Positions 50,056 to 63,409 are shown, numbered from the whole stretch's first letter. The stretch: DNA of 63,831 bases, filler included, from Rhabdomonas costata (GCA_019059605.1; 55 parts of 55 records of this genome joined end to end with filler, not necessarily neighbours in it); one strand, 5' to 3'. Notes: a model not told the origin generated them from the letters alone. Translations and numbers: made by a program.

Positions 50056-50595
50056 GCTGGTGCGGAACCCATTCACAACGGGTACGGTGTCATTCGCTCC
50101 ATTCAGCATGTGCGCATCCCTTCCCGCATTCCCTGTGGCCCGGAGCAGTCCTTCCTGAAGACGCCTGGCGCCCCTATTCACCCCTGGTCGATGTACACGG
50201 ACAAGGGAGGTGCGTCTTTGTTTTCTGAATTTGGGGATTCAGTTTTTGGTAGTTCTCTTCTTCGACATAGACCAAGACTGAAAAGTCATGACTTAAAGTG
50301 ATAAGACTTGAAGTGTAAAACGAAAATGAAAAGTCCAAGTGAACCGAGAATTCTTTCTGCTTCTGAATGAAATTAAACTGTTAGACGCTGACCGACGTCT
50401 CCTTGCAACAAGAGCGAAAAAGAATAATGAAATGCACCACTTTGGAGCGCTCATGTCCCCTCTTCCCTTGTTCTCCAGACTACGTCTTCGGAATGGGGAC
50501 CCAGCTCGGAAGGCACTACATCCGCAAGTTCATTGCGGTTAACCTGTTCATCGGCGGTGTGGCCTTCAGTGCCCTCTGGCTGTTCCTGGCCGCAG
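50056..50595 (+). CDS. Protein with one visible transmembrane helix, 2 exons, unidentified
   Basis: Exons 50056-50209 and 50479-50595 are phase-1 compatible: ...PIHPWSMYTDKG-DYVFGMGTQLGRHYIRKFIAVNLFIGGVAFSALWLFLAA. Confidence 0.7.
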
Positions 50596-51147
50596 GTGCC
50601 AGCCCCGTCAACCTCTCCAAAAAAACACCAATTCCTGCTTTTTTTCCCTCTGTGGAGGGTCCTGGGACCGCAAGGATGACTGTACTCCGGTTTTTTTGAT
50701 ATCACTATGAAACTCAGACTGCTTCTGAATGGTTCAGTTTTTCTTTCGGGGTGCGTTTAAACCAATTGTCGGTGGTTGATTACGGCAAAGTGGCCGCTCT
50801 GTGGTAATCAACAGAAGAAGTGGGAAAACGGAAGGGAACGCTTTCTTCTGAGAGGGCTTACCCAAACCCTGAACCATTAAAAAAAACATTAAAACACGAC
50901 GTCAAATTTACCAAACCCTTCTGCAAGGTCATCGCATGGTCATAGCCAAACGTTTCCCGGTTCCCTTGTGACCCGTGTGGCTGGCACAAGGAGTTTTTTC
51001 ATACTGACAGGCGCAATACTGGGATGTTACCTCATCTTTCCTCCCAANNNNNNNNNNNNNNNNNNNNNNNNNNNNNNNNNNNNNNNNNNNNTTAATTAAT
51101 TAANNNNNNNNNNNNNNNNNNNNNNNNNNNNNNNNNNNNNNNNNNNN

Positions 51148-52208
51148 TTTGTTTGGGGCACCAGCTGGGGGACTGCGCAGCGGACAACCTTGTACTCGGA
51201 GGGGACAACTTCGCATTCTCCGTCACCCTTCAGCTGCACCCCTGCCAATCCAAAACAACAACCTGGATAATGCAAGTGTTCTCGGAAACGGGTGACAATT
51301 GAGCGCACCGACTCCTCGAAAAACTGCTTCTGAGCTGAGAATTCTTAATCTGATCAATAATGTTGTGAGGTTGCACGCCCGTCGGCCAGTTCAGAAATAA
51401 CAGTGTGTGCAGCTCACCGCAAAAAACGAAAGCAGTTATACAATACTTGTACTCTGTACCTAGTTAAAGTCTGTTTTAAATTTTTGAACACATACTGCCC
51501 ATACTGTGGAAACCTGAGAGAAATAGTATGAAAGAAAAACCACAATCCAAACAAGTAACAAGACTCACTCGCAGTTCAGCAGGCCCGGTATTGGGCAAGT
51601 GGCTTTCAGTGGGCATTTTGCCGATTTAACAACCACAACCGAGAATCCTGCTTTTAGGGGGGTTCAAGAAGAAAAGCCTGCAAGTTTCTTCTATCCAGAC
51701 TCTGAATCAGAGTCTGAATAGACTGAATCGCCCAATTACTCTTGCTTTCGGCTCAGTAACGTTCCGGTGAACAAGAGGTTGATGAAAACGATGAATGTCG
51801 CTGCACAATGGCCGTGAAGACGCAAGAAGGCAGTTTTGGTCGAACCCCAACTGAAACTATGAACTCGAAGTGTCTCACGGCAAATACAAGAGTCCTTCAC
51901 TCCACCCACTTGACAACGCGCAACGCGCAACGCGCGCACCAACGTAAATCAGGATTGCGGAGTTAGTGTGACGCACAACTCCCGTAATGAGGTTCTCCGC
52001 CTCCACCTCGACCTCAACTTCCAAGCTGTGGGCCGAGGTGAAAGTAAGCCTGGCAAAAAACCGCGCTAGCTCCCCGACAAACATTGGCTGGACATAATCC
52101 ACTTGGCACAGGTGGGCAAGAACGGGGACCACAGCAGGTCTTTTCATGGAAGAACCGCCCTCAGAGGAGAGGGCAGTGGAATTGCAATGCCGGGCGGCAA
52201 CCACAAAA
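51148..52208 (-). CDS. Hotdog-fold acyl-CoA thioesterase (ACOT7-like), 2 exons
   Basis: AARHCNS...VDYVQPMFVGELARFFARLTFTSAHSLEVEVEVEAENLITGVVRHTNSAILIYV; exons 51940-52208 and 51148-51241. Confidence 0.9.
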
Positions 52209-53578
52209 NNNNNNNNNNNNNNNNNNNNNNNNNNNNNNNNNNNNNNNNNNNNTTAATTAATTAANNNNNNNNNNNNNNNNNNNNNNNNNNNNNNNNNNNN
52301 NNNNNNNNTTGTGGGTGGGAGGAGGAGGAGGAAGAGGTCTGCGGGGGCTTGTCCCGCAGCTTCGCCCGAGTGCTCATCAGCTAAGAATGAGGCACCGGAA
52401 GCCAGGTGTATGCGTGTGTTTGTGTGCTGACTGTTACCCGAAAAGAATGAGTGGATACAGAGAACATAGGCAAAAAACGACCGGCTGCACTCCTAATACG
52501 AGCTCAGGCTCGGTAGCTTTTAAAATATCGTTTCACCGGAGCCCACCGATCACGGGTAAGAAAGCATCAGCTTCCCCGGCGCAACGCTCAGTCCCAAACA
52601 CTACAACAGTCTTACGCAATGAAAACACGCCCCTGGAACCTCTTCTTCACTGTCAGAGCCTCGGGGATTTTTCTTTCTGGACCGCCCGTGGGGCTCGGCA
52701 TCCGAAGAAGCCGCGACAGCAGCAGACATCTCCACTCGCACGCAAGCTGAATAGGTGCAAGGTTGCCAACGGCTGTAACCTACAGGCCTGTGGTTCAATT
52801 CATGATGCGATGGAATCAGAAACCAAGCACACAAGATGCAGAGTAAGCTGCAGGTGTGAAGAACATAGAAGCATCGCACAAAGGCGTCGTCACTGCGTAG
52901 CAACAGCAAAAATGAGCACAGGAAGACACAAGATGGCACACTGGCCAAGCTGTTCACAAACAAGGGCAACAACATGGCCGTGATTCTCCACCCCAATGGC
53001 ACCAAATTAAATTTATTATAAATAAAACGGAACTTAGAGGCATTATTTTGAAGGCAGACCAGCCCAGGTTATTGCCTCCTTGCAAACCCCCGAAAAGGAC
53101 TTACTGCTTCCGTTACCCACCCAACCACACCGACACGCTCAAAAGAACGCAAGCAATTCGTGCAGGCGAGAAGCACATGCATGGCATGCTCTCAATAGGT
53201 CAGCTGCAGGACAATCGAAGCTCTATTTCCACTTTCACAGTCCACCGCCTCAAGAACATCCATCGTCAAAGGTCCTCCACTCGGAGCCACACAGTACGTC
53301 CAAACCTTTTCAACGGGGCAAACGAGGCAGCCCAATTGATCTGCTGACGAAAGGATAGATAACCCACACCNNNNNNNNNNNNNNNNNNNNNNNNNNNNNN
53401 NNNNNNNNNNNNNNTTAATTAATTAANNNNNNNNNNNNNNNNNNNNNNNNNNNNNNNNNNNNNNNNNNNNGGGGGTTTGTCGTGACATTCCATGCATTAT
53501 GGAATGTGTGATATCGATTTAGGTGACCGGGAAGATAATGTTCCGCTGTTGTGCAGGCCTATTGCCGCGGTGCGACAC

Positions 53579-54532
53579 CTGCGCTGCTCTTGTGGGGGCC
53601 CATGGTGGCTGGCGAGGTCGGGGGATCGGCGGCGGGACTCTCGTCGAAGGTGGTGGGACAGTGCTGGGTGAGGAACTTCTCCAGGGGCTCATCCACGTGG
53701 ACGTCGTCTTCGTCCAGCACTAGCCTCTTGCGGCATACTGGGCAGCAGTCCGATGTCTCCAGGCTCTTCGTGATACATACCCAGCAGAAGCGGTGTGAGC
53801 AGTCCAGGATGACCTGAGGCCCATCCGAAGGTCAGTGCGGGCAGTGCAAGTGCAAGCAAGTGCAAGTGCAAGTGCAGAAAAGCATGCAATAAAGAATGCC
53901 CAATTGTGAGAGTGCGATAGAGCACTAGAGGGGTTTGTGGGCTTTGCAGTGATTCGAGTGCAAACATAAGTAAGTTTAGGCTTGACGTTGACGCGTTTAC
54001 ACTGGTTGTCTACGGTGTACGATCTATGGCCATACGTTCGCAGCTGGATGTCACAGCTTCCCCCTTTATGGCGATCTCTTCACACAAAGGTATTTGGTCC
54101 CCCTACCTGGGTCTGGTGTGGCCGTCGCGAGGACAGAGTTGCCGAAATGAGGTGAACACCCACTGATGTGGTCCATCTCGCATGCCTCCGGAAGAGGTTC
54201 GGTGCGGGTCCCACAAGTTGCCTAGTACTAAAATCTTGTACACAGTCACCAGCATATGACAGAGACGGCGATTGAATTCGCCACACACCACACACACACA
54301 CACACACCACACACACACTTACGCACACCGGGTTGCACAGGATGTCCAGGCACACGGGGCAGGTCCAGTCGCTGCGCTCCACGGCGGCCGGACTAACGTA
54401 GCACAGTGCCAGCATCTCCGCCCTCACCAGAAGGTGGGCGAAGCAACGGCTGTGGTAGAAAGGCTGCAGGTGGAGGATCGCGAAGGCGTCAAGAGCGGCG
54501 CGGCCCTCCGCTGGAAAATCAACCCCCCCCAC
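53579..54532 (-). CDS. RING-HC E3 ligase, probably SPX-RING (NLA/BAH1-like), 2 exons
   Basis: LHLQPFYHSRCFAHL...CPVCLDILCNP-VILDCSHRFCWVCITKSLETSDCCPVCRK gives a complete C3HC4 RING after splicing 54329/53813. Confidence 0.88.
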
Positions 54533-54899
54533 NNNNNNNNNNNNNNNNNNNNNNNNNNNNNNNNNNNNNNNNNNNNTTAATTAATTAANNNNNNNNNNNN
54601 NNNNNNNNNNNNNNNNNNNNNNNNNNNNNNNNGGGTTTGCGTGCACGCGCAGAGGAAAGATGCACGGGTAGTATGCAGCTTTTCTCTTCGATTGCATAAC
54701 CTGTGGATAAGATCTGAATCGAACAAACGAAGCCTTCGTTTGACGAAGGCGCACGATTTGGGCTCCAGCTCATGGGTACTGTGTGATTCCGGCCAGTGAG
54801 CCTTTCTGTGTCCACAGGGTTCGGGACAGGCACATCGAAGGGAAGGGAGGAAAGAGGGGAGGCGGGGATTGAATTGTGGTGATGAGGATACACTACACG

Positions 54900-55190
54900 T
54901 CACTCCATCGCGTAGGGACTCTTATGAGCGTTTGCTGTTCCAGCTCTGGCGGGTGTCGGCGAAGACTGCACTGCTTGGCCTCTGGTTGAGCCTGTTTGCT
55001 CACAGGCAACCGGGTTAGGGTAGGTTAGGTAGTCTTCTCTTGGGGTGAAAGTTGGCAGCACAGCTCGGGTGCAATTGACGTTGGGGTTGGGGCGACAGGT
55101 TATGGTTACCTCTAGTGACAGTTTTTCTTTTTGGTCATAATAGATTTCTTCATCAGTGGTGTGGTTAAATCCCATCCAAGTGACGTTCTG
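54900..55190 (-). CDS. Possible terminal exon of an unidentified protein
   Basis: NVTWMGFNHTTDEEIYYDQKEKLSLEVTITCRPNPNVNC...* following a cag| acceptor. Confidence 0.4.
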   Translation of the reverse strand, partial: QNVTWMGFNHTTDEEIYYDQKEKLSLEVTITCRPNPNVNCTRAVLPTFTPREDYLTYPNPVACEQTGSTRGQAVQSSPTPARAGTANAHKSPYAME

Positions 55191-56058
55191 CCCGCTTCAG
55201 CTGCCCGCAAACGAATTCTGTCCAACTCGTCTGCCCAGATCCCAGTCATAGGTTAGTCCTTATTCAGCAGATTTGACGTGCAAACCAAGGATACTAAAGC
55301 AGCCTCATTTCGAAGGTGCTTGCATCAGCTTTCAAGTTAAACAACAACAAGTGCTGACATTTTCTGTTACCACAGGTAACGGTCCACCCCCCCCCCCAAC
55401 GTCGACTAGACCGAAACACCCGCAATGACATCCCTAACAGTCTGCAGTCGGAGATATGGCTACCCGCTCCGGCGCTGGTTTTGAGAAATATCTCCCACTG
55501 CAGCGATTAATTATAGCAACCACTTTAGTAATGGCAACTTCTCTCGGCTGACAGGTGTTGCTGTCAACCGTCGTTTCCTTTTCTTTGCGTACCCCTCCGC
55601 CGAGGACCTCCGATGTCGTGGAGGCGCACAGGCCCCTTGGGTGCCCCTTGAGTGTCCCTGGGGCTTCGATCTCCCTCTGGCTGTGATACTGGGNNNNNNN
55701 NNNNNNNNNNNNNNNNNNNNNNNNNNNNNNNNNNNNNTTAATTAATTAANNNNNNNNNNNNNNNNNNNNNNNNNNNNNNNNNNNNNNNNNNNNGGGTTTT
55801 TTTTGCGTTCCCGTAGATCAAGTTACCTTTGCTTGGCTGTTGGAAATGGACATGCTGAAAAAGAGCGTTTCTATGTGGTGTGGAACATTTCTGTGGTTTT
55901 TACGCGACGAGCTTCATTAAACCCGTCTACGAACCACGAATTCTTGACTGCTCGGGCTCAACACGATGCGTCCCTCTTTTCTAAATAGATTCAATCTCTT
56001 CCTTGTATCGTTCGAGGTTGTTTTCTCCTTCCTTTTTGCTCACATCGGAAAACCGCAG

Positions 56059-56277
56059 CTGGTGTCCGCTCGACCGGCGTTTAGCCACGAGGTGCAGTTT
56101 ACCACCCTGCAGAGGTTTGCGTACAAGCAGAGGGCGCGTCCACAGCTTCTCCTGAGCCCCAACGGCAGCTTTCCCACCCACCTGGTCACTGCTGTAGAGG
56201 AGCTGAAGGCACACAGGACGTTCACTCTGGTCACTCCCATTGATCGATCCGCACCGCTCGGGAGCCACCCGCCGTAA
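56059..56277 (+). CDS. Terminal exon, possibly beta-propeller glycoside hydrolase (GH43-like) C-terminus
   Basis: AFSHEVQFTT...RARPQLLLSPNGSFPTHLVTAV...TFTLVTPI resembles the (E)RPxLL...PTHL...TxTLxxP C-terminal pattern. Confidence 0.45.
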   Translation: MVSARPAFSHEVQFTTLQRFAYKQRARPQLLLSPNGSFPTHLVTAVEELKAHRTFTLVTPIDRSAPLGSHPP

Positions 56278-58140
56278 CTCGTTGGCAGGCGAGGCTTGTA
56301 ATGACCACTGCATCGCTCTCCGCGAACCACAAAGACGGGCAGGGAATGTCGGAAAAGATACATTAAATGTGGAGGAACCCCAAATCAGGGGAAGTTGTTG
56401 TCAAGCAACAAACAAATATTGCACCCGCTTTTTTTTGCCCCGTTGAAGCGACAGCATGCTGAAGATCTCACAAGTTATGGACCCTGAAACGATGCTGCTT
56501 GTGAGAGCCTACTGCTAGCCTACTGCTTGCTGTGTTCCGGCACGCGAGAATGGCACTGAAGGACCTGGTTGGGTTTCTATGTGTGTGTATGTGTGTGTAT
56601 GTGTGTGGTGTGTGTGTTCCCCGCGGAAAGGACTAGAACAAAGTGTGTGCTCTTGCTTGTCTCTTGATATTTCTTTCTTGCAGGTTGCCTGTTGTTCTCT
56701 ATTCATACAAACATTTGCATCTTTTATGAATGTCGTCGCCACCTCCTGAGTCTGTGTTCGAGCAAGAATGCTGCTTAGGCCGTGTGCTGGTACTTTGCAT
56801 TGCTGCCTTGTTCTCCCCTTGTGAACTCATCCACGTTTGACAGTTTGACCGAATGGNNNNNNNNNNNNNNNNNNNNNNNNNNNNNNNNNNNNNNNNNNNN
56901 TTAATTAATTAANNNNNNNNNNNNNNNNNNNNNNNNNNNNNNNNNNNNNNNNNNNNCCCGAGGGCAGCGCCGTGAGGAGCACCGGGGGCACGGACAGCAG
57001 GGCCTATCCCCAGAGAAAGCACACTCGAAACCCAAATCCACGGTAGCTCGGTGGCTCTTTTCTCGTCCCTTGTGAGACAGTTTTCACACAGCGATAAGGG
57101 ATAAGGGATATTCGAGGAATCAGTAACCCCACAGCCTCTTTGCACTCCTGCAGTCTCACCGCTACACGAAAGCTGCAGTATTACAGTAGTTCAAACGGAA
57201 ACCCGCCCCACACAATGTTCCAAAGCCGGCGCAAAGGATCTATTCCCCACCACCACCACCACCAAAAAAAAAAGCACCCAGCGTCAGATTACTATTGCCA
57301 CTGTTGAGGTAACAGGCAGAGAGGTGCGGAGGGGGGGGGGTATGGAAGCACCCTGGACATATCCGTGATGTTGCGGATGGAGAGGATTCCACGTTCAACG
57401 GTGGCCCGCTTGCTGCAAGCCTACCAGACAAAAAAAACACGAAGTCCACAGAATCGTGACACTTCTATGCAATAAATTGTTGCTGCCAAAAAATGCAAAA
57501 GAAGAAAGTTATTGAACAATGGAGAGCTCCATAGCGCTCCTCCTCCTCCTCCTCCTCTACCCAAACAAATAAGCGCATTGTGCTCACCGCACAAAAGCAC
57601 CTCCGCGGATTTATGGGTTTTGATCTTCGCCTGGGCCTGGTGCAGTCGAGTTAGAACCACGTGGGAAGCTTCGTGGGTGTACAGCAGCCTGCAACACGCG
57701 CCAAGGAATGACTTAGGCACAGGATCAAAACCCGGTAGCCAACAAGCGGCTGTTGACTAGGAAGCTCACGGAACCAAATTGCGCTTCTTCCCTCTTCCCT
57801 CTTTCTTTCTCCCCTCCCTTTTTGTTTGTTTGATAGTTGGATTTTGCTCGTTCCCTTCCTTTCATTGCTTCCTCACACCCTTCTCTCATCAAACTATTCG
57901 GAGGCAACTATAATTGAATGCGTCAGCACTCCTGCCCCGCTCCCTCCCCAGCTGCTTCTGAATAGTTTGATGAGAGAAGGGTGTGAGGAAGCAATGAAAG
58001 GAAGGGAACGAGCAAAACNNNNNNNNNNNNNNNNNNNNNNNNNNNNNNNNNNNNNNNNNNNNTTAATTAATTAANNNNNNNNNNNNNNNNNNNNNNNNNN
58101 NNNNNNNNNNNNNNNNNNTGTGGTGGGTGTGCGTGGGGGG

Positions 58141-58188
58141 TGGTTGTGGTTGTGGTTGTGGTTGTGGTTGTGGTTGTGGTTGTGGTTG
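58141..58188 (+). repeat. (TGGTTG)8 microsatellite
   Basis: Eight perfect hexamer units. Confidence 0.97.
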
Positions 58189-60464
58189 TCGCTTTCTCGA
58201 GCGAGCGAGCGAGAGAGAGATTTAACTGCATCGTCCTTCTTCCGATTCAAGACACGAAGTGGGGTAAGCGGTTTTCCTGGAACTCGGAGCTCTTCTCGAG
58301 AACCCCGAGCTGTAGAGCAAGAGGATACGCTTCCGTTGCTTCCGAATAGTGTGAGCCTGTGCCCAGTCGCCGCTGGTGGCAGAGAAAGAAATACGTTCCG
58401 AAGCTCTGTGTGCGATGTTCTTGCGCTGGGAACTGCGACTCCACTCTTCGTCACTGCTGCATCGGCAGCGATCCTGTGATGACACGACAGCATACGTTCA
58501 ACTGTCACGGTGCGGTGGAGCCCATAATTGCAAAATGCGGTTAACAAATCCGGAACGACGAACTCTCCGAGGGAGTGCACTAAGCATGCTCCATCATCCC
58601 AAGCTCAACCTCCGTACTCTCCCGTTTTGGCAGTCAAAGTTGTTCTTCTGATAGGAAGTGTTCATTGCCGCCGTCATCATGCGTCCACTTCTGTAATGCT
58701 ACTCGCCAGATGTTGGTATCGACACCCCAAACGAGAAGTTGGCATGCCTGGCTCAGAAAACTCGCACAGGCTGGACGCCGACGAGGTGTAGGGGTTACAC
58801 CAAATGATCCAGAAGTGTGCCTTCGACTCGAGAATGAGCGCTTTCGCATCACTCGTGTTGGTAAGGAGGGAGGGGCGACTCAGCGTCCCCTATAACTCAC
58901 CAGTCCACTTTTCTCATGCGGGCGGGCGCTCACCGAGGGTGGTGTCCAGCTCTAAACGTTTATCACCTCGTGGACATGCTGTTTACCTCAGTCAAGGATT
59001 GCCCTGAAGGGTACCTCCCGGGCGTGCTCAACCCATGCTAGCCACATGCGATCAAAGCACCCGACCACCAGATGTGGATACTTGCCAGCAGATGACAGGG
59101 TTCGGACTCGACATAACCAGAATCCCACCGATCTAAGAGGTGGCCAAGATGCCTCAGGACGATCTCATTGCAACAAAACANNNNNNNNNNNNNNNNNNNN
59201 NNNNNNNNNNNNNNNNNNNNNNNNTTAATTAATTAANNNNNNNNNNNNNNNNNNNNNNNNNNNNNNNNNNNNNNNNNNNNGGTGGTGGGGGGGGCTGCAA
59301 GTTGCCTTGCAAGCCTTGAGCTCTTTCCCAAATTTTCAGGGAGTTTTTCACTTGAAAATTGAAAAAGAATTTTTTCGACGAGTTATCCCTCCCTTCTCAA
59401 AATGCAGACTGGTTGGCGGCTCGCGCGCTTCACGGGCAAATATCCCATGTTCCTCCTTTAATTTATTGGTCGTGCCGTTGGGGGTACCGTTTGGCTCAGC
59501 CCTGGTGACAACAAAAGATGAAAAAGCAACTCAGAAGGAGGCACGACCCCAATGGGTTCGCCATTTTTTAAAATTGAAAAAAATAATCTAGCTCCTGAAA
59601 AAATATGGTTAGTAAAAAAAACTGAAGAAAAAAAGGTTAATCTTTAACATGGCCTGGGAGGCAAAATACGGTATGGAAATGAGTTTTGCGCGCCCAAGGC
59701 GCGGGGATTTTTTAGTTTAAATCTGCTGTTCTTTCTTACTAAGAGGTACACTGCAAAGGCGAAGTTTCGGCCTAAAGAAAACTCTTTTTAAATGTGACAC
59801 AGGCGTGTTTCGGGTGCACGGCATGCACCTTGAACGCTACACTATATACTTTTCATAAAAATTTGGAACTATGTTTGCAACGCTGGAACGCTGGATTTCA
59901 AATTTGAGGGTATCGGGGGATCCGCCCAGGTCTGTTTCCACCCCATGACCATCACCTGGTTGTATATGTCCGAAAAATTGGAGATTACCCGGCTTTGAGT
60001 TTTTTGTGAACAAGCAGGAACATGACGGAAAGCATTTGCGCTGCCAACCCAGCCACGCGGAAGTCTATTGAGTACCCCGAAAAAACCCAGTTTCTGGTTT
60101 TTCGCATATTTTTTTCCCGTCTGGCGAATGTAAAGGAACAGGACCATTACCCCGTCCGCGTGAGATACTCGGCCTTCTAAAGGTGTACGTTTTTGGGGGA
60201 CGTTCCGCGCGGTACGGTTCTTTCGTGGGATGTATTCGCCAGGCCCTTTCTCTCTCTCTTTTTCTTTCCCGTTGCTATTCTTGTTGTCCACACAAAGCCC
60301 AACCTGTTGGTCGCGAAACCAAACAACCAAACACGCCCAACACNNNNNNNNNNNNNNNNNNNNNNNNNNNNNNNNNNNNNNNNNNNNTTAATTAATTAAN
60401 NNNNNNNNNNNNNNNNNNNNNNNNNNNNNNNNNNNNNNNNNNNGTGGTGGGTGTGTTTGGGGTT

Positions 60465-60577
60465 TGGGTGGCGGAGATGGCCTCCGAGATTCGTGCGTTC
60501 TGTTCGGTGACCTGCGGACAGTGTGCGATGAGGTGGGGGCCCTGGCACCGCGAGCACCTCACGGTAGCCGCCGCCAT
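60465..60577 (-). CDS. N-terminus with CCHC zinc knuckle
   Basis: MAAATVRCSRCQGPHLIAHCPQV (C-x2-C-x3-H-x4-C), preceded by a long pyrimidine tract; could be a host gene or a retroelement ORF. Confidence 0.5.
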
Positions 60578-61829
60578 CGCGCAGGCGGGCGGCGGAGGGG
60601 AGAGCAGAGAGTGATGCGCGGGTTGGGGGGAAGAGAGAGAAAGAAGTGAAGGAATGTCCTACAGGGAGAAATTGAGGGAGTTGGGAGAAAAGTGAATGAG
60701 TGGGAAAGAGGGAAAGAGGAGGAAAAGAATCAGAGCAACGAAAGAAAAAGAGAACAAAAAGAAAAAGAAGGTCCAAAAAACAATGCCTGCGTGCACGATA
60801 CAATTAAGCAGGAATAGCTCAGTGCAATGTGCTTGTGGCGAGTATGAATCAAGGCCGAAAGGATTCAACGCTGAAAAAAGGGCACATCATGAATCCAAGA
60901 ATGGACCACCAACATGTGAAGGAAAAGGGCTCGATTCAATACAGATCCAGCCTTTTCCTTTTTTGCGAAAAAAATCTGGCTCGAGGGATGAATACAAGCG
61001 GGCAGTCCCGGAGTAGCAGGGTCATTGGGACCCGGTGAAGGATCCGAAAACCAGAGCTGGGTCTTGCCCATGTTCACGTGGAAAACAATTGCAGCTATCA
61101 CGGTAGTCCTGGACAAGAAGAACAGCTGACAGTTTACATAATCATCTGATGTAGAAAACAGGCCCGCAGTTCACTAACACAGAAACCCCAGAAAGGATAT
61201 GCGGTAACGAAAACAGCCTCCAGGAGAGAGGTTGCGACCAGAACGTCGCCAACCGCGAAGCAGCAACAGAGTATGGAAAGCTTGGGAGTCGTCAGGAGGA
61301 GTTGGGTGCCACGGTCGCAGCCTTCTCTTCCAATTAATTCTATGACTGCAAAGATTGGCTTAAGTTCTTTCCTATTGGGAAATGCTGCAGAGAATGAAAG
61401 GGGATCAGACGCGGATCGCCAGGGCGAGAGTGGTGACGTGCGGACCTGGCCAGAGCGGCAGGACCCACGGACACCGGCTCTGCTGCGCGGGCTTCTGGCA
61501 GGGCTTGNNNNNNNNNNNNNNNNNNNNNNNNNNNNNNNNNNNNNNNNNNNNTTAATTAATTAANNNNNNNNNNNNNNNNNNNNNNNNNNNNNNNNNNNNN
61601 NNNNNNNGTGGGGTTGGGGAATACTTGAAGAGACCGGAAAAGGACCACTTATAAGGTCCACTTACGAAGAAAATTCCCGTTTATGGAGAGGTAGACTTTC
61701 AAAACCCAAAGAACTATTCTGGTGGAACGCTCACTCTCCTGCTCTCCAAGAATCATCCATGCCGCGTCCTTCGGGTCCCGAGACTGTGCGCATCGGGGAG
61801 ATGCAGTTTTGCTTTTTTTTCCTTCCCAG

Positions 61830-62132
61830 AAAGCAGAACCCGGCCACCTGGATGCTGGACGTGGTAGGCAGCAGCGATGGCTCTGGGGTGGACTGCTCGG
61901 AGTTCTATCGGAAGAGCCCGCTTGCCGGTGAAGCTAATGCCAAGCTGCGAGAAATGAGACGACCCATCCCCAACAGCACGTCATCTCCAGCGCATGGCGG
62001 GAAGGATCCTGAGCTTGGGGAGCCTGTCGGAAAGCATAGCGCCAAGCGCTCAAACTCAGAGCCCCGGTACGCACAGCCGTACTACGTGCAGTTTGCGGAG
62101 CTCGTGAAGAAGAGCTCGACGACACTCTGGCG
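61830..62132 (+). CDS. ABCG/PDR-type ABC transporter exon (NBD-TMD linker)
   Basis: NPATWMLDVV...FYRKSPL...RYAQPYYVQFAELVKKSSTTLWR with ttcccag| and |gtctgt boundaries. Confidence 0.9.
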
Positions 62133-63272
62133 GTCTGTTCGCTCGACGCTGTCATGCAGCTTGGCTGCTCTGATGGAGTTTCTTTTCGCAGTTGTAGTCT
62201 CTTTGTCCGTTGTCTCTATATGGGCCTGGCATATTTTTTGAGGGGACGAGGTCTCACCCACCCGTCCACCAAAGCCAATGGAAAAATAGTTTAAAGCAGT
62301 CGAATTCAATCCGCATAACTCAGAAGAGGCGCAATAAGACCAAGATGCTGATTTTGTGCCTCACTTTATTTTGCCACGTGCAACCGCTGTAACTTCCCTT
62401 GCCGACCCCACTCCGTCGCCTCCACCCCTCACCTACCCGTATTTCCCGAAGCTTTCGTATACCAAGTTTACGCTTTGGTTTATGCCTTGATTGCGTTCGA
62501 TTTGTTCTCGCCCCTCGTCAATTCTCTCTGCCCCACATACTAGGCTGTGGAAACCGAAGTTGCGTTTTCCAGTTCAAGTTCAAGTTCCAGTTCAAGTTGC
62601 TCCTCCCGATCTCCGTCAAAAGAAGGGAAGTTTCCCTTTATCAAACCCAACCCCACACACACCCAACACNNNNNNNNNNNNNNNNNNNNNNNNNNNNNNN
62701 NNNNNNNNNNNNNTTAATTAATTAANNNNNNNNNNNNNNNNNNNNNNNNNNNNNNNNNNNNNNNNNNNNCACGTTGTTGGGGGGGGTGGGGGGCGGACCC
62801 CAGACCCCCACGCGCGTGTATGTAGACCTAACCCCTGTGAGAAAAATACTACTATTCCCTGTGGGATAAATTAAGGTGCGTCAGGTATTCTTGATTTGAG
62901 CTGCTCCGTACCTTCTGGTGGCACACTGATGTCAAGGGGTGGGGTAGGGTGCAGCTTCCTGGCACTCAGCGGAACAGTGTAATGTTGAGTCCAGTCTCCG
63001 ATTTACGAGTAGAAGCTTTCTGTCTCCTTTGACAATTTCAAATCAATTTCAAACGAGGCTCATAATATTCTGCGGGAAAATTGCAACATGAGGCAAAGAG
63101 AACGGATTTATGGGGTGGGAGTGTGCACGCTCCGTCCTCCCGGCTGCAACCCCTCTCGGTTCCGTTTTCTTGCTTGCTGCGTTCTGTTGCAGATAAACTG
63201 TACAGTGGTACTGTGTGTGTGTGTGTGTGTGTGCGCGCGCGCGCCTTCGTTGCGTTGCATTGCGTCATGCAG

Positions 63273-63409
63273 ATCCTCAGCAGCAGCAACAAGTTGGGTT
63301 GCTCTGGGAGCAGCTTCAGGCGGAGCGGCAGCGCACCGCCGAGCTGACAGAGATGGCGCAGCAGCTGGAGGCCAAGCTGGAGAAGCAAAAAACAGGGCTG
63401 AAGGAGGAG
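63273..63409 (+). CDS. Coiled-coil protein exon
   Basis: LWEQLQAERQRTAELTEMAQQLEAKLEKQKTGLKEE|gtgcgc. Confidence 0.7.

Noticed and set aside
52309-52983. Long ORF-track entries such as 224 aa (52309), 215 aa (2647), 197 aa (6232) and 204 aa (63088)
   Set aside because: No recognisable motifs and atypical composition; they run through intron-like tracts or are antisense or off-frame to real exons.
57842-58017. Perfect 58-bp inverted repeat
   Set aside because: Same fold-back signature at the contig end.
58141-58188. (TGGTTG)n as a telomere, and the poly-V, WL and HN ORFs across it
   Set aside because: Short microsatellite with the G-rich strand pointing away from the contig end; the ORFs are repeat translations.
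1064-62769. Regularly spaced TTAATTAATTAA repeat with ~1.06-kb unique spacers (CRISPR-, cassette- or nanochromosome-like)
   Set aside because: It is always embedded in N44 runs and is an artificial six-frame-stop linker. Uniform contig length reflects size sorting, and genes are cut arbitrarily at the boundaries.
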